This document shows, in pieces, positions 9,710 to 18,653 of a stretch of 26,100 bases of DNA; position 1 is the first letter of the stretch; the number at the start of each line of letters is the position of its first letter. The translations under genes and the position numbers were made by a program. The stretch lies in NCBI GenBank assembly GCA_963784355.1, contig CAWAQU010000013.1, forward strand, positions 1 through 26,100, in the 5' to 3' direction. The stretch is from an uncultured bacterium. GTDB lineage: Bacteria; Patescibacteriota; JACMRA01. Below the pieces are notes generated by a model that was not told the DNA's origin, did no database searches, and saw nothing but the letters and a program-made list of their open reading frames with translations.

Positions 9710-9738
9710 ATTATAACACATTCGGATTTAAATGTCAA
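9710..9738 (-). promoter_or_regulatory. Perfect sigma70 promoter with extended -10
   Basis: Minus strand TTGACA-tttaaatccgaatgtgt(17 nt)-TATAAT. Confidence 0.8.
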
Positions 9739-9785
9739 TCCAGTCTGATTTGTTTAATGTGTCCTATTGCAGGAAATCAGCTTAA

Positions 9786-10304
9786 TTACTGCATTATAGT
9801 TGTAAGTCTACTTTTTAAATATTTTATTGCCGATAGGGCTAAAAAACCAATATATACTCCTAAAGTATTAGCTAAAATATCTTTCCATGTGTCAAGTCGA
9901 CTGTAGCTGTATTGTTTATTTGTTAGTGTATCAAGCAAAAACTCCATCATTTCATTTAGACACCCTAATCCCGAAATAAGAAAAAATAATAAAGCTAATT
10001 GAGTAATAATTGATATTTTAATTTTTAGATTGAGTTTGATATATTCAAAAATTATACTAGTAACAACTCCGCCACCTAAAAAATGTAGTAAGAAGTTGCC
10101 TAAATTTTCATTATAAATTAATTGAGGTAAAACAAATAGAAAAGCCAACACTATTACAGGACATAATATAAGCAACTGGCTATTTTTTATTATTTCTCTA
10201 GAACTTAAGAACAGAAGCTTGAACTCTGGCAACTGCTTTAGTACTAGTAAAGACACAATTGGCAGCAAATAAATTGCTGATATCAAAATCAACCAATAAA
10301 TCAT
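9786..10304 (-). CDS. Integral membrane protein, DUF2238/VanZ-like
   Basis: Several TM helices with HFLGG, NEMMEF and DTWKDILAN motifs. Confidence 0.65.
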   Translation of the reverse strand: MIYWLILISAIYLLPIVSLLVLKQLPEFKLLFLSSREIIKNSQLLILCPVIVLAFLFVLPQLIYNENLGNFLLHFLGGGVVTSIIFEYIKLNLKIKISIITQLALLFFLISGLGCLNEMMEFLLDTLTNKQYSYSRLDTWKDILANTLGVYIGFLALSAIKYLKSRLTTIMQ

Positions 10305-10313
10305 ACTAAAAAT

Positions 10314-11687
10314 CTAGTTAATATTCCAGCCACCGGAAAAGACTCCTTCCATGTCTACTCTTTCATAAGTATGTGCTCCAAAGTAATCTCTTTGGCCCTG
10401 AATCAGATTTGTTGGTAATTTTGAGGCACTTAAAGTTCTTATATAATCCAATGTGGAATTAATAACAGGAAGCGGTAAATCTAGCAGTTTTGATACTTGT
10501 GATAAATTAATTATTCTATTTTCAAAATCAATCTCTTCTCTTAAGTATGAAGTTAATTTACTCAACATTTGACTTCGTATAATACAGCCACCTTGCCAAA
10601 TTCTAATTACCTCACCTAGATCAATCTGCCAGTCAAATTCAGTATTTGCAGCAATTATTAAATCAAGCCCTTGTAAATAAGCCGCTAGGTAAACTGATTC
10701 CAGTGTAGTATACAAAAGACTTTGTAAATCTTCTTTATTAATCTGGAGTTTATGAAGCTGACCTTCAATATTTTTTTTGACCATCACATTTGTATTCCTG
10801 CTTGAGAGTATTCTTGCAAAAAGACTTGCGGATATGGTTGGTACTGCAATTCCTAGATCTAGTGCGGACTCTACAGTCCATTTACCGGTACCCTTACTGC
10901 CTGCTTTATCTACCACCAAGTCTACTAGATGTTTACCTGTTTTTTCATCAACTGATTTTAATACATTTATACTAACATCCATTAAAAAACTCTGAACATC
11001 ACCAGTATTTAAACCTTCAAAAATTTGATTTACTATTACGTGGTCATAGTTTTCTCCATTCTTATATACATTTCTCAAAATATCATACACTTCTGCTATC
11101 CCTTGCATAATTGCGTACTCTATTCCGTTATGAACCATTTTCACAAAATGCCCACTACCTGAAAGGCCTACATTGGTGACACAAGCGTTACCTTCAAAAT
11201 CTTTTGCTGCAATTGCATTGAGCATTGGTAGTAAAGTTTTAATGCTTTCAACTCTTCCGCCAGGCATAATACTAGGGCCATGCAACGCTCCCTCTTCACC
11301 ACCACTAACTCCACAACCAACAAAATCTATATGATCACTTGCTAGCTCCAATTGCCTTCTTTGAGTATCTTTCCAGTGAGAGTTACCACAATCAATAATG
11401 ATATCGCCTTCTTCAAGATGTTCTTTAATGACTGCAATAAAATCATCTACAGCAGTGCCACTTTTTACCATCAATATAACTTTTCTAGGTCTCTCTAGAC
11501 TGTTAATGAATTCATTTATTTTCTCATAACCTATAATGTTATTGTAATTCTGATTCAGAAATTCTTCTGTTTTAGCAAAGGTTCTATTAAAAACAGCAAT
11601 TTTATATCCCTTATCAGCAAAATTTCGTGCTAAGTTTGCACCCATTACAGCAAGCCCAATTAAACCAATATTATTTTTATTATCCAT
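10314..11687 (-). CDS. gnd: 6-phosphogluconate dehydrogenase, NADP-dependent
   Basis: IGLIGLAVMG, GVSGGEEGA, HFVKMVHNGIEY, KGTGKWT, QGQRDYFGAHTY; start taken at MDNK (11687). Confidence 0.97.
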   Translation of the reverse strand: MDNKNNIGLIGLAVMGANLARNFADKGYKIAVFNRTFAKTEEFLNQNYNNIIGYEKINEFINSLERPRKVILMVKSGTAVDDFIAVIKEHLEEGDIIIDCGNSHWKDTQRRQLELASDHIDFVGCGVSGGEEGALHGPSIMPGGRVESIKTLLPMLNAIAAKDFEGNACVTNVGLSGSGHFVKMVHNGIEYAIMQGIAEVYDILRNVYKNGENYDHVIVNQIFEGLNTGDVQSFLMDVSINVLKSVDEKTGKHLVDLVVDKAGSKGTGKWTVESALDLGIAVPTISASLFARILSSRNTNVMVKKNIEGQLHKLQINKEDLQSLLYTTLESVYLAAYLQGLDLIIAANTEFDWQIDLGEVIRIWQGGCIIRSQMLSKLTSYLREEIDFENRIINLSQVSKLLDLPLPVINSTLDYIRTLSASKLPTNLIQGQRDYFGAHTYERVDMEGVFSGGWNIN

Positions 11688-11735
11688 ATGTAAACAAACT
11701 AACAATTAAAATACTAAAACTTATTTCTGCAAATT

Positions 11736-11756
11736 AAAAACCTCCGTGAGGAGGCT
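11736..11756 (-). terminator. Intrinsic terminator after rpsL
   Basis: Minus strand GCCTCC-tcac-GGAGGTTTTT. Confidence 0.75.
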
Positions 11757-11766
11757 GATATATTGA

Positions 11767-12177
11767 TTATTTAGGTCTCTTAGTACCGTACTTACTTCTA
11801 CTTCTCATTCTCTTAGCTGTACCTGCAGCATCAAGCTTACCTCTAACAATATGATACTTTACACCTGGTAAATCTTTTACACGACCACCTCTAATCAAAA
11901 CAACACTGTGCTCTTGTAAATTATGCGCTATACCAGGGATATAAGCCAATACTTCCATTTTATTTGAAAGCTTAACTTTTGCTATTTTACGAACAGCTGA
12001 GTTTGGCTTTTTAGGAGTTGTTGTATATACTTTGGTACAAACACCTCTTTTGAAAGGATTATTTGAAGGTAAAGGCTTATTTTCTAATCCATTCCAGTTT
12101 CTAGATAAAGCAGGAGATTTTGTTTTTTTCAAGATTTTAGTTCTTGATTTTCTAATTAATTGATTTATAGTTGGCAT
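11767..12177 (-). CDS. rpsL: 30S ribosomal protein S12
   Basis: [32 protein letters not shown]. Confidence 0.99.
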   Translation of the reverse strand: MPTINQLIRKSRTKILKKTKSPALSRNWNGLENKPLPSNNPFKRGVCTKVYTTTPKKPNSAVRKIAKVKLSNKMEVLAYIPGIAHNLQEHSVVLIRGGRVKDLPGVKYHIVRGKLDAAGTAKRMRSRSKYGTKRPK

Positions 12178-12181
12178 AATA

Positions 12182-12628
12182 TTAAATTATTTCTGTCATT
12201 TTGTTAGGAAAATTATGATCACCAGAAAAAATATGTAAGCGATTGTTAAGTCTTAAATCTCTGTGTCTATTTTTTGGAAGCATGCCGCTAATAGCTCTGT
12301 AGATAGGAACTGAAGGATCTTTTTTAACTAAGTCTTCAAAAGAAATAACTTTTAAGCCACCTACCCTACCCGAGTGAGTAAAATAATTTTTCTTTTTAGG
12401 TTTTTGACCAGTAAGTACAGCCTGTGAAGCATTTATTACTACTACAATTCCACCTAAGTCAACATCAGAAGAATAATCAGCTTTGTTTTTACCAATAAGC
12501 ATTCTTGCTGCTTCAGTAGCTAATCTTCCAATTGGTTTTTTTGATGCGTCAAAAAGATACCACTCACGTTGTAGCCCTCTTTTGATACCTCTGGTAGTTT
12601 TAGTTGAATTTACAATTGTTTGAGACAT
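12182..12628 (-). CDS. rplM: 50S ribosomal protein L13
   Basis: REWYLFDA...[29 protein letters not shown]. Confidence 0.96.
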   Translation of the reverse strand: MSQTIVNSTKTTRGIKRGLQREWYLFDASKKPIGRLATEAARMLIGKNKADYSSDVDLGGIVVVINASQAVLTGQKPKKKNYFTHSGRVGGLKVISFEDLVKKDPSVPIYRAISGMLPKNRHRDLRLNNRLHIFSGDHNFPNKMTEII

Positions 12629-12646
12629 TTTATAGAATTAATTTAA

Positions 12647-13003
12647 TTATTCGGATAACATTACTACACTTTTATCTAATGTACTGAAATCTTGTGCTAG
12701 TTTTAACTGAGCAGTATAGCCACCCTGACGATCTAAAAATTTTGGTACAATTTCCTCAATCATTTTCCTGCTATCTTTTTCAGATAAATAGGGCCTTAAT
12801 CTTCTATAGGCAAGTTGAGTATCACCCCCAGTATTTTTACACCAAGTTATCATTCTTTCGAATTTTGGTCTAAACCATTTAGCTCTAGCAGTAAAAGTAA
12901 CTATTTTTCCGTTTTGAATAAGCCCTCTGGATAAATCAACCCAAAGTCTTTTTCTTTCTTCTTCTGTTCTTTTAAATTTTTTAGTTTTTCTCAAGTGACG
13001 CAT
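12647..13003 (-). CDS. rplQ: 50S ribosomal protein L17 (divergent)
   Basis: MRH start, KIVT..RAK..RP..ERMIT, RQGGYT. Confidence 0.9.
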   Translation of the reverse strand: MRHLRKTKKFKRTEEERKRLWVDLSRGLIQNGKIVTFTARAKWFRPKFERMITWCKNTGGDTQLAYRRLRPYLSEKDSRKMIEEIVPKFLDRQGGYTAQLKLAQDFSTLDKSVVMLSE

Positions 13004-13013
13004 AAATTACTGA

Positions 13014-13289
13014 TTATTTTACTAACTCTAAAATTGTTTGAAATGGTCTAAAACCGTATTGTCTATGATAATTTGACTTAGCTTTATATTTTACTACACG
13101 AATTTTTGCACCTTTTTGGTGTTTTATTACCTTAGCTTTTAAAGATTTTAACTCTTTATCTTGGCCAAAAGCATGTACAACATTAACATCAATTACAGAA
13201 CCTTCTTCAGCTTCCAATCTATCAACGATAAATTTTTGTCCGTAATTAACTACATATTGTTTTGAACCTGATTGTACTACAATAGACAT
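13014..13289 (-). CDS. rplU: 50S ribosomal protein L21 (short form)
   Basis: IVVQSGSKQYVV...KIRVVKYKAKSNYHRQYGFRP. Confidence 0.93.
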   Translation of the reverse strand: MSIVVQSGSKQYVVNYGQKFIVDRLEAEEGSVIDVNVVHAFGQDKELKSLKAKVIKHQKGAKIRVVKYKAKSNYHRQYGFRPFQTILELVK

Positions 13290-13302
13290 ATTTGAAATTT
13301 CA

Positions 13303-13770
13303 CTATAATATTTCTAAAATTTTTACTTTTACTTGCTTATTTCTATTTTTAAAACTGACTTCTTGCCCCGGCTTTTTTCCAATTAATGCCTGCGCTAAAG
13401 GGGATTCGTTACTGATTTTATTACTAATTACATCTGCTTCACTATTACCAACAATCTTTATCTCAAACTCAGTATTATCTATTGAATATTGAATTTTTAC
13501 ACTACTTCCAATCTGGATTACCTTAGAATTCATTACTGATTTTTCATCAATAATCTCATAATTTGATAATACATCTTCAATTTCCTGCTGTCTTGTAACT
13601 AGCTTATCTCTTTCATTTTTAGCTGCATCAAGACCTGAATTTTCCTTAACATCTCCCTCAGCCAAAGACCTGTTTATAGCTTCTAAGGCATTGGGCACTT
13701 TAATTTCAAGAATCTCCTTCAATTCAGCCTCTAATTCAGCTAGGCCTTGCTTGGTCAGGTAATTAGTCAT
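13303..13770 (-). CDS. greA: Transcription elongation factor GreA
   Basis: YLTKQGL..LEAEL, GDVKENS, IVG..EAD, ISNESPLAQALIGK. Confidence 0.95.
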   Translation of the reverse strand: MTNYLTKQGLAELEAELKEILEIKVPNALEAINRSLAEGDVKENSGLDAAKNERDKLVTRQQEIEDVLSNYEIIDEKSVMNSKVIQIGSSVKIQYSIDNTEFEIKIVGNSEADVISNKISNESPLAQALIGKKPGQEVSFKNRNKQVKVKILEIL

Positions 13771-13800
13771 GGGTATATCCCCCTAATAAACGAGAATATT

Positions 13801-15387
13801 TTATATTTTGTCAAGCGCTTCTTTGCTTAAAGGCTTTTCAATACTTAATATCTGCCGTGATAAGATGTATAGAATTATAAATGCGGTAAAGGATGCTAGT
13901 GAGCTAAATTTCCAATAGTTAAAATTTTGAGTCAGTAAAAAATTATCTACCCAAGCCGGTTCTTTATTTACAAGGCCAAAGATGACAACGGTAAACACAG
14001 CCATTTGATTCAAAGTATAGCTTAGATGCAAAACTACACTAGCCCATAACCATTTCCAAAAGTTCCCATCAACTTTCAGGCTTGTTAAAGTTAGTAATGC
14101 AAATATTACTCCAAAATGTAGGTAACGTGAGTGCATTTTAGTTAAAAACAGAAAATAAACAACAGAGCTTATAGTCATAAAAATTAACATAGATTGCAAG
14201 CTCAACTTTTTATTAAAAATTTTTTTCAGATTTAAGCTTCTAAGTTTTGATATGTTTAAGTTTTGCCACGACCAAGTCATCATAATTATTAGTATAAAGT
14301 AAATTAGGATAGCTGCTGTGCTTACAGAAAGTATATTTGGCTTAAATATTGGGTCACTTGCCATCCCGGTCATTTCAATCAAGCTCCAAAAAGTCGCCCC
14401 ACCGTTACTGATTACATTACTTCTCCCCACCACTGCAAAAAGTGTAGAGCCTAATCTTTCATAATTTAGTATGATACAAGGCACAACGATTAGTAAGCTT
14501 GTCAGACTAAAACCAAACAATTGCATTCTTAAGTCACGCCAAACCCCAGTTTTATACAAAAAAATAAACTGTGATAAAAATCCTACAGCCAAAACCACTA
14601 CACCTAAAACTAAAGCATTTGTATATCCCCCTAACTCATAAAATTTAATTCCTGCATAAATTGCAACCAAAGTAGTTACACCTAATACTTTAGGTACTAT
14701 TAAATCTGACCATTTTTTACCATACGCATGGTATAGCAAAATTACAGGAATTACTAAAATAGCCTGTTGTTTCGTCCAGAAAGCTAGACCTAAAAGTACA
14801 CCTGACAGGAAAAAATTGCTCTTGTAAAAGCTATAGTTATGGTCTTCCTGGTTATACATCAATTCTAGAGCTACAGCACATATCAATGCTATTAAAGTAT
14901 CATTTTGCCCCCAAACTCCAGACACAAACCACAGAGAAGGTAAAATATAACCGACAGCAGCTAAACCAAAAGCTTTGAATAAATTCTGTGGATTCAGCTT
15001 TAGAGCAAGGTGATAAATATAAGCTACAAAAGCTATATCTACAAGCCAATTTGATAATTTAACAACAGTTACAAAAGCTTGGGCAGAGCCACCAAACAAA
15101 AGTGATATCGTGTAATAAATGGTTTCAAGTATGAGACTTAAAAATGAGTAATCAAAAAATCCCGTATAATTTCTCCAAAAGCCAAACACTCCCATTTCAA
15201 AACCGGCCTTGCCCCAGGTATATTGAGTTGTGACCATATCAAACAAAAACCCGGGGTTAAATAAATTTACAAATCTAACATAGGAACCGAAAATAAGACT
15301 GGAAATTAAAAATATTTTAACGTATAGAGGCAAGTTTGCAAAATTACTTTTGAGGTTATGTAAGTAATTTATGAATTTCGTGATCAT
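13801..15387 (-). CDS. Multi-pass GT-C glycosyltransferase (lipid-phosphosugar dependent, mannosyltransferase-like)
   Basis: Many TM helices with FDM, SGVWGQND, KQQ and MHSRY motifs; ATG 15387 preferred, alternative TTG 15429. Confidence 0.72.
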   Translation of the reverse strand: MITKFINYLHNLKSNFANLPLYVKIFLISSLIFGSYVRFVNLFNPGFLFDMVTTQYTWGKAGFEMGVFGFWRNYTGFFDYSFLSLILETIYYTISLLFGGSAQAFVTVVKLSNWLVDIAFVAYIYHLALKLNPQNLFKAFGLAAVGYILPSLWFVSGVWGQNDTLIALICAVALELMYNQEDHNYSFYKSNFFLSGVLLGLAFWTKQQAILVIPVILLYHAYGKKWSDLIVPKVLGVTTLVAIYAGIKFYELGGYTNALVLGVVVLAVGFLSQFIFLYKTGVWRDLRMQLFGFSLTSLLIVVPCIILNYERLGSTLFAVVGRSNVISNGGATFWSLIEMTGMASDPIFKPNILSVSTAAILIYFILIIMMTWSWQNLNISKLRSLNLKKIFNKKLSLQSMLIFMTISSVVYFLFLTKMHSRYLHFGVIFALLTLTSLKVDGNFWKWLWASVVLHLSYTLNQMAVFTVVIFGLVNKEPAWVDNFLLTQNFNYWKFSSLASFTAFIILYILSRQILSIEKPLSKEALDKI

Positions 15388-15459
15388 AAAAACTGGATGA
15401 AGCTCATATGATACTGAAGATTTTGTCAATTTTCAATCTAATTTTGAATTTTCTAATAC

Positions 15460-15681
15460 TCATGGCAAGCCGATATTACCAATAAACTCAAGGTCTTCTT
15501 CATCTACAACCACGTCTTCACCTAAATTTGTCCCGTCAATATAAAACTGCACTGTATAAGTATTACTTTCATTTCCTCCAATTACAGCATGTTTACCTAC
15601 AATTATTCCCACACTATTAGAACCTATGTTTTCTTCGGGAATAGCATTTTTAATTCTAACTTCATCGCCTATTTTAAACAT
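15460..15681 (-). CDS. DUF4926-like small protein
   Basis: MFKIGDEVRIK..IPEE....VGIIV...YTVQF...EDLE pattern. Confidence 0.6.
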   Translation of the reverse strand: MFKIGDEVRIKNAIPEENIGSNSVGIIVGKHAVIGGNESNTYTVQFYIDGTNLGEDVVVDEEDLEFIGNIGLP

Positions 15682-15837
15682 ATACTATTTAATTTATATT
15701 TTATTAACGACGATTCTATTTTAAAATTTCTGCTATTTTTGTCAATTATTTTTATTATTTTAGGTGGTTAAAAAATTAGCGTGTCAGTAGAATATGATCA
15801 ATTTGCATAAATCTATAAGTTGTGCTAGCAGGATAAT

Positions 15838-16179
15838 ATGGAAGAAAATAATTCGCATCATAATATTGAAAATTCAGAGACAGAGAATATACAAAAACGA
15901 TTAGCGATACAAATAGGTTTGGCCCGTCTTCAGTGTGATTTGATATCAGTTCAGCAAGAATTAGATAATTCTATCAATAAGAAGTTTGATATAAAAAATA
16001 AAACTCTTAATGAACTTAATCATCAGTATTCTAAACTAGCTAAAAAATATGAAGAATTAAATCTCAGAGACCCAAGTGAAGTTAAATTAGAAATACAACA
16101 AATTGAAGTCGAAATGGAAGAGATTCAGAGAGAAATAAATGAAATTATTTGGAATAAAAAAACTGATAGGATGGATTAG
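15838..16179 (+). CDS. Hypothetical coiled-coil protein
   Basis: 113 aa with heptad-like E/Q/K/L/I composition; AGGA precedes the ATG. Confidence 0.6.
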   Translation: MEENNSHHNIENSETENIQKRLAIQIGLARLQCDLISVQQELDNSINKKFDIKNKTLNELNHQYSKLAKKYEELNLRDPSEVKLEIQQIEVEMEEIQREINEIIWNKKTDRMD

Positions 16180-16185
16180 CCAAAA

Positions 16186-16210
16186 AAACCTCCTAAACTT
16201 ACTGCTAGGA
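16186..16210. repeat. Direct repeat copy 1 (partner at 16869-16893)
   Basis: AAACCTCCTAAACTTACTGCTAGGA, 24/25 identical to copy 2. Confidence 0.85.
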
Positions 16211-16254
16211 AATGTGTTATTTACAATTCAATCTTTTTGTGTATAAAAAAATCT

Positions 16255-16728
16255 ATGCTTGAAAATCGGAAACTTATATCTTACAAAATCAATTCTAACA
16301 AAAAACAATTATATCTAATTAATCGTGAGGGCAGAGCTGCCTACAAAGAAAAACAGACTTTATACCGAATCAATTATTTGATACACTCTTTAGAAAAAAC
16401 AATAATTGCAAATATAAATTTAGTTGAAGTAAAGCTACTGCTTTTAAGTGAAAATACTAAAAACGTTCTTAAAATTAATTTAGATTACTATTCTGATATA
16501 GTAAATGGATTAATAGAAGTTGATCCAGCAATGCTTAGCATAATTAGTAATAGCCTTGCCAGATATACCAATACGCTTAAAATTATTCACCATTCCTTAA
16601 TATTTGATAAATTAATTACTTCTACCACAAAGTTAGAATTTATGAAAACGCTTGACCTGCTTAATGATATAAAAATATATTTTAATTATCTTATTGAAAA
16701 AGAAAAGCTTACCAAAAAGATTAATTAG
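16255..16728 (+). CDS. Hypothetical protein
   Basis: ~157-aa open frame in very AT-rich DNA; no recognisable motif. Confidence 0.55.
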   Translation: MLENRKLISYKINSNKKQLYLINREGRAAYKEKQTLYRINYLIHSLEKTIIANINLVEVKLLLLSENTKNVLKINLDYYSDIVNGLIEVDPAMLSIISNSLARYTNTLKIIHHSLIFDKLITSTTKLEFMKTLDLLNDIKIYFNYLIEKEKLTKKIN

Positions 16729-16861
16729 CTAGTGTATTCAATATTTTGCATTAATATAACAATTGCCATGCTAATTATAAAAATTTGGTGTATTTTGCTA
16801 GTCTTCATTAACAGGTGGTATATTAACATAAATGCTATCTACATAAACTCGGAACATACCC

Positions 16862-16897
16862 AAAAAAGAAACCTCCTAAGCTTACTGCTAGGAGGTA
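16862..16897 (-). terminator. Terminator downstream of the tRNA (contains repeat copy 2)
   Basis: Minus strand ACCTCCTAGC-agtaa-GCTTAGGAGGT followed by TTCTTTTTT. Confidence 0.75.
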
Positions 16898-16991
16898 GAT
16901 TGTTATTTGATTTAAATTTTGGTTTGCGAACCACCACTTTCTCCAGTGATTATCTACTCATTCGGGAGCTTGATGCTCGTAATTTTTATGA

Positions 16992-17068
16992 TGGTAGCGG
17001 CGAGTGGGATCGAACCTCTGACCTCGGGCTTATGAGTCCCGCGCTCTAACCAACTGAGCTACGCCGCC
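16992..17068 (-). tRNA. tRNA-Met (CAT), probably elongator
   Basis: GGCGGCGTAGCTCAGTTGGTTAGAGCGCGGGACTCATAAGCCCGAGGTCAGAGGTTCGATCCCACTCGCCGCTACCA; cloverleaf with encoded CCA and no C1:A72 initiator mismatch; Ile2 identity not fully excluded. Confidence 0.93.
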
Positions 17069-17194
17069 AACTCTACTTAACTATAAAAATGGTAAAATTC
17101 TTGTTATTGTCAAGATATAAAGACAATTAGAACCTAGTGATAAATTAAATCCAGTGCAATTTAGACCCTAAATTAAGTTCAACATACACCAGTT

Positions 17195-17998
17195 TTACCC
17201 AATTTCCAGCTCAGCAATTATCGGTAAATGGTCAGAGACACTAATATTTGGCACACTCCACTTTGATACTTCAAAGCCCTTCTGAAAAATATAATCCACG
17301 TTCAAACCTTCAGGCAATCTTTTAAAAACTCCATGCACATTTGGATTTAAAGTATTTGAGTTATTTTTATTAACCAGTACTAGCTCTTCAGTAAGCATTT
17401 TTATCGAGGCAGAATCAGGATGAATATTTAAATCCCCAGTAAAAATAGTCGGAAGCGACTTAGTATTTTTCAAAAAACTCAATAAAGATCGTGTTTGTTG
17501 GATCATTTGCATAGTTTCAGTACATAAATAAGAAACGGTAAAATGGCTGGTGACATTACGAATATATTTATCTTTATATTTCAACACTCCCCAAACAAAA
17601 TTTTTAGATTCTTCAAAAACTGTATAATAATCCTCTTTTTGATCATGTAAAATTGTTTGAATTAAAGGGTGCTCTTCATTATATTCTGTATATTCAGGTA
17701 AAGTCTTTTCAAAAAAACAGCCATAGTCCACCATTTCCAGATCTGTTAAAAACCCATTTCCACTATAAGAAATTTTGTCATCACTGGATTTTAAACCTGT
17801 ATATGGAACAAAATAACCCTCATAATCAAGTTCTTTTTTTAAATATTCAAATGGCTCAACAATATTAGGACTACAATAATTAAATCTACCTGTAGATACT
17901 TCCTGCAAATTAATAATGTTAGGTTTCTCAGCTCTCAAAAAGTTTACTAATTCATCTAGAAATTTAAAATGCCAAGCGTTGATTTGAACAATTTTCAT
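17195..17998 (-). CDS. Endonuclease/exonuclease/phosphatase family protein
   Basis: MKIVQIN, NLQEV, TGDLN, VDYIF and SDHLP motifs. Confidence 0.92.
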   Translation of the reverse strand: MKIVQINAWHFKFLDELVNFLRAEKPNIINLQEVSTGRFNYCSPNIVEPFEYLKKELDYEGYFVPYTGLKSSDDKISYSGNGFLTDLEMVDYGCFFEKTLPEYTEYNEEHPLIQTILHDQKEDYYTVFEESKNFVWGVLKYKDKYIRNVTSHFTVSYLCTETMQMIQQTRSLLSFLKNTKSLPTIFTGDLNIHPDSASIKMLTEELVLVNKNNSNTLNPNVHGVFKRLPEGLNVDYIFQKGFEVSKWSVPNISVSDHLPIIAELEIG

Positions 17999-18065
17999 AT
18001 TGTCTTTAAAACAGAGCGTAAAACCTGCTTTTGTCAAAAGCTTCAGCTTCAAATTTTACAAGCAT

Positions 18066-18452
18066 TTATAAAGGCATCGGGTTTTTAAACACTGGTGTTT
18101 CTTTAATCTCACCTTTTACTTCCAGTTTACCTGAATTGTCTGTACCCTGATTCCATTTTGATTTGTGCAATTCCCTATTTCCGCCAACAAACTCTCCATT
18201 TACAAAAATTTGAGGTTTACTACAATACTGCTGATGACTGCCAGGCTGCCAACCAAATTCTTTTACCAAATCCGTCAAAAGCTGGTTATCAAAATCCTCA
18301 TCTAGATAATACATACTGAAACTATCCAGAATGTTTCTTGCAACTAGTTCAGTCATCAGTTTTTCACTTGCAATACAAAACGGACAGTCATGTTTGTAAA
18401 ATATTACATTTTCAGTTTGAGCTATTTCACGCATTTTTTCCGGGCTAAACAT
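18066..18452 (-). CDS. Glutaredoxin
   Basis: CPFC active site and KPQIFVNGEFVGG. Confidence 0.9.
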   Translation of the reverse strand: MFSPEKMREIAQTENVIFYKHDCPFCIASEKLMTELVARNILDSFSMYYLDEDFDNQLLTDLVKEFGWQPGSHQQYCSKPQIFVNGEFVGGNRELHKSKWNQGTDNSGKLEVKGEIKETPVFKNPMPL

Positions 18453-18653
18453 ATAATATATTTTTCTTATATATCTTGAATTATGTCAATTACTTCATGC
18501 AAAACAAATATGATAAAAATTCACACAGAGCACCCATATTTACAAGCTCAACAAAATATGCTATTGTTGAAGTTAGATTTAATTAATAACAATATGGAAA
18601 TATAAAAGAGCTTTAATACCAAAATTTTTGAGAAAGCAGATTTAATTGCATCA

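Noticed and set aside
11767-12177. Streptomycin-resistance allele of rpsL
   Set aside because: The K42 (PKKPNS) and K87 (RVKDLPG) equivalents are wild type
13801-15681. UGA recoding (code 25 or 4): the DUF4926-like ORF is in frame with the GT-C ORF, separated only by two TGA codons
   Set aside because: No conserved low-GC gene contains an internal TGA, including the Gly-rich ones, so the standard code fits and the phase match is probably chance
16930-16975. Hammerhead ribozyme in the tRNA trailer (GAATGAG...GAAA)
   Set aside because: The core CUGAUGA is not present and the required stems are not evident
15460-16991. Prophage or integrative element at tRNA-Met
   Set aside because: No integrase, phage genes or duplicated tRNA 3' end were seen
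16732-17049. 105-aa plus-strand ORF
   Set aside because: It runs antisense across the tRNA and its terminator and has no protein-like features
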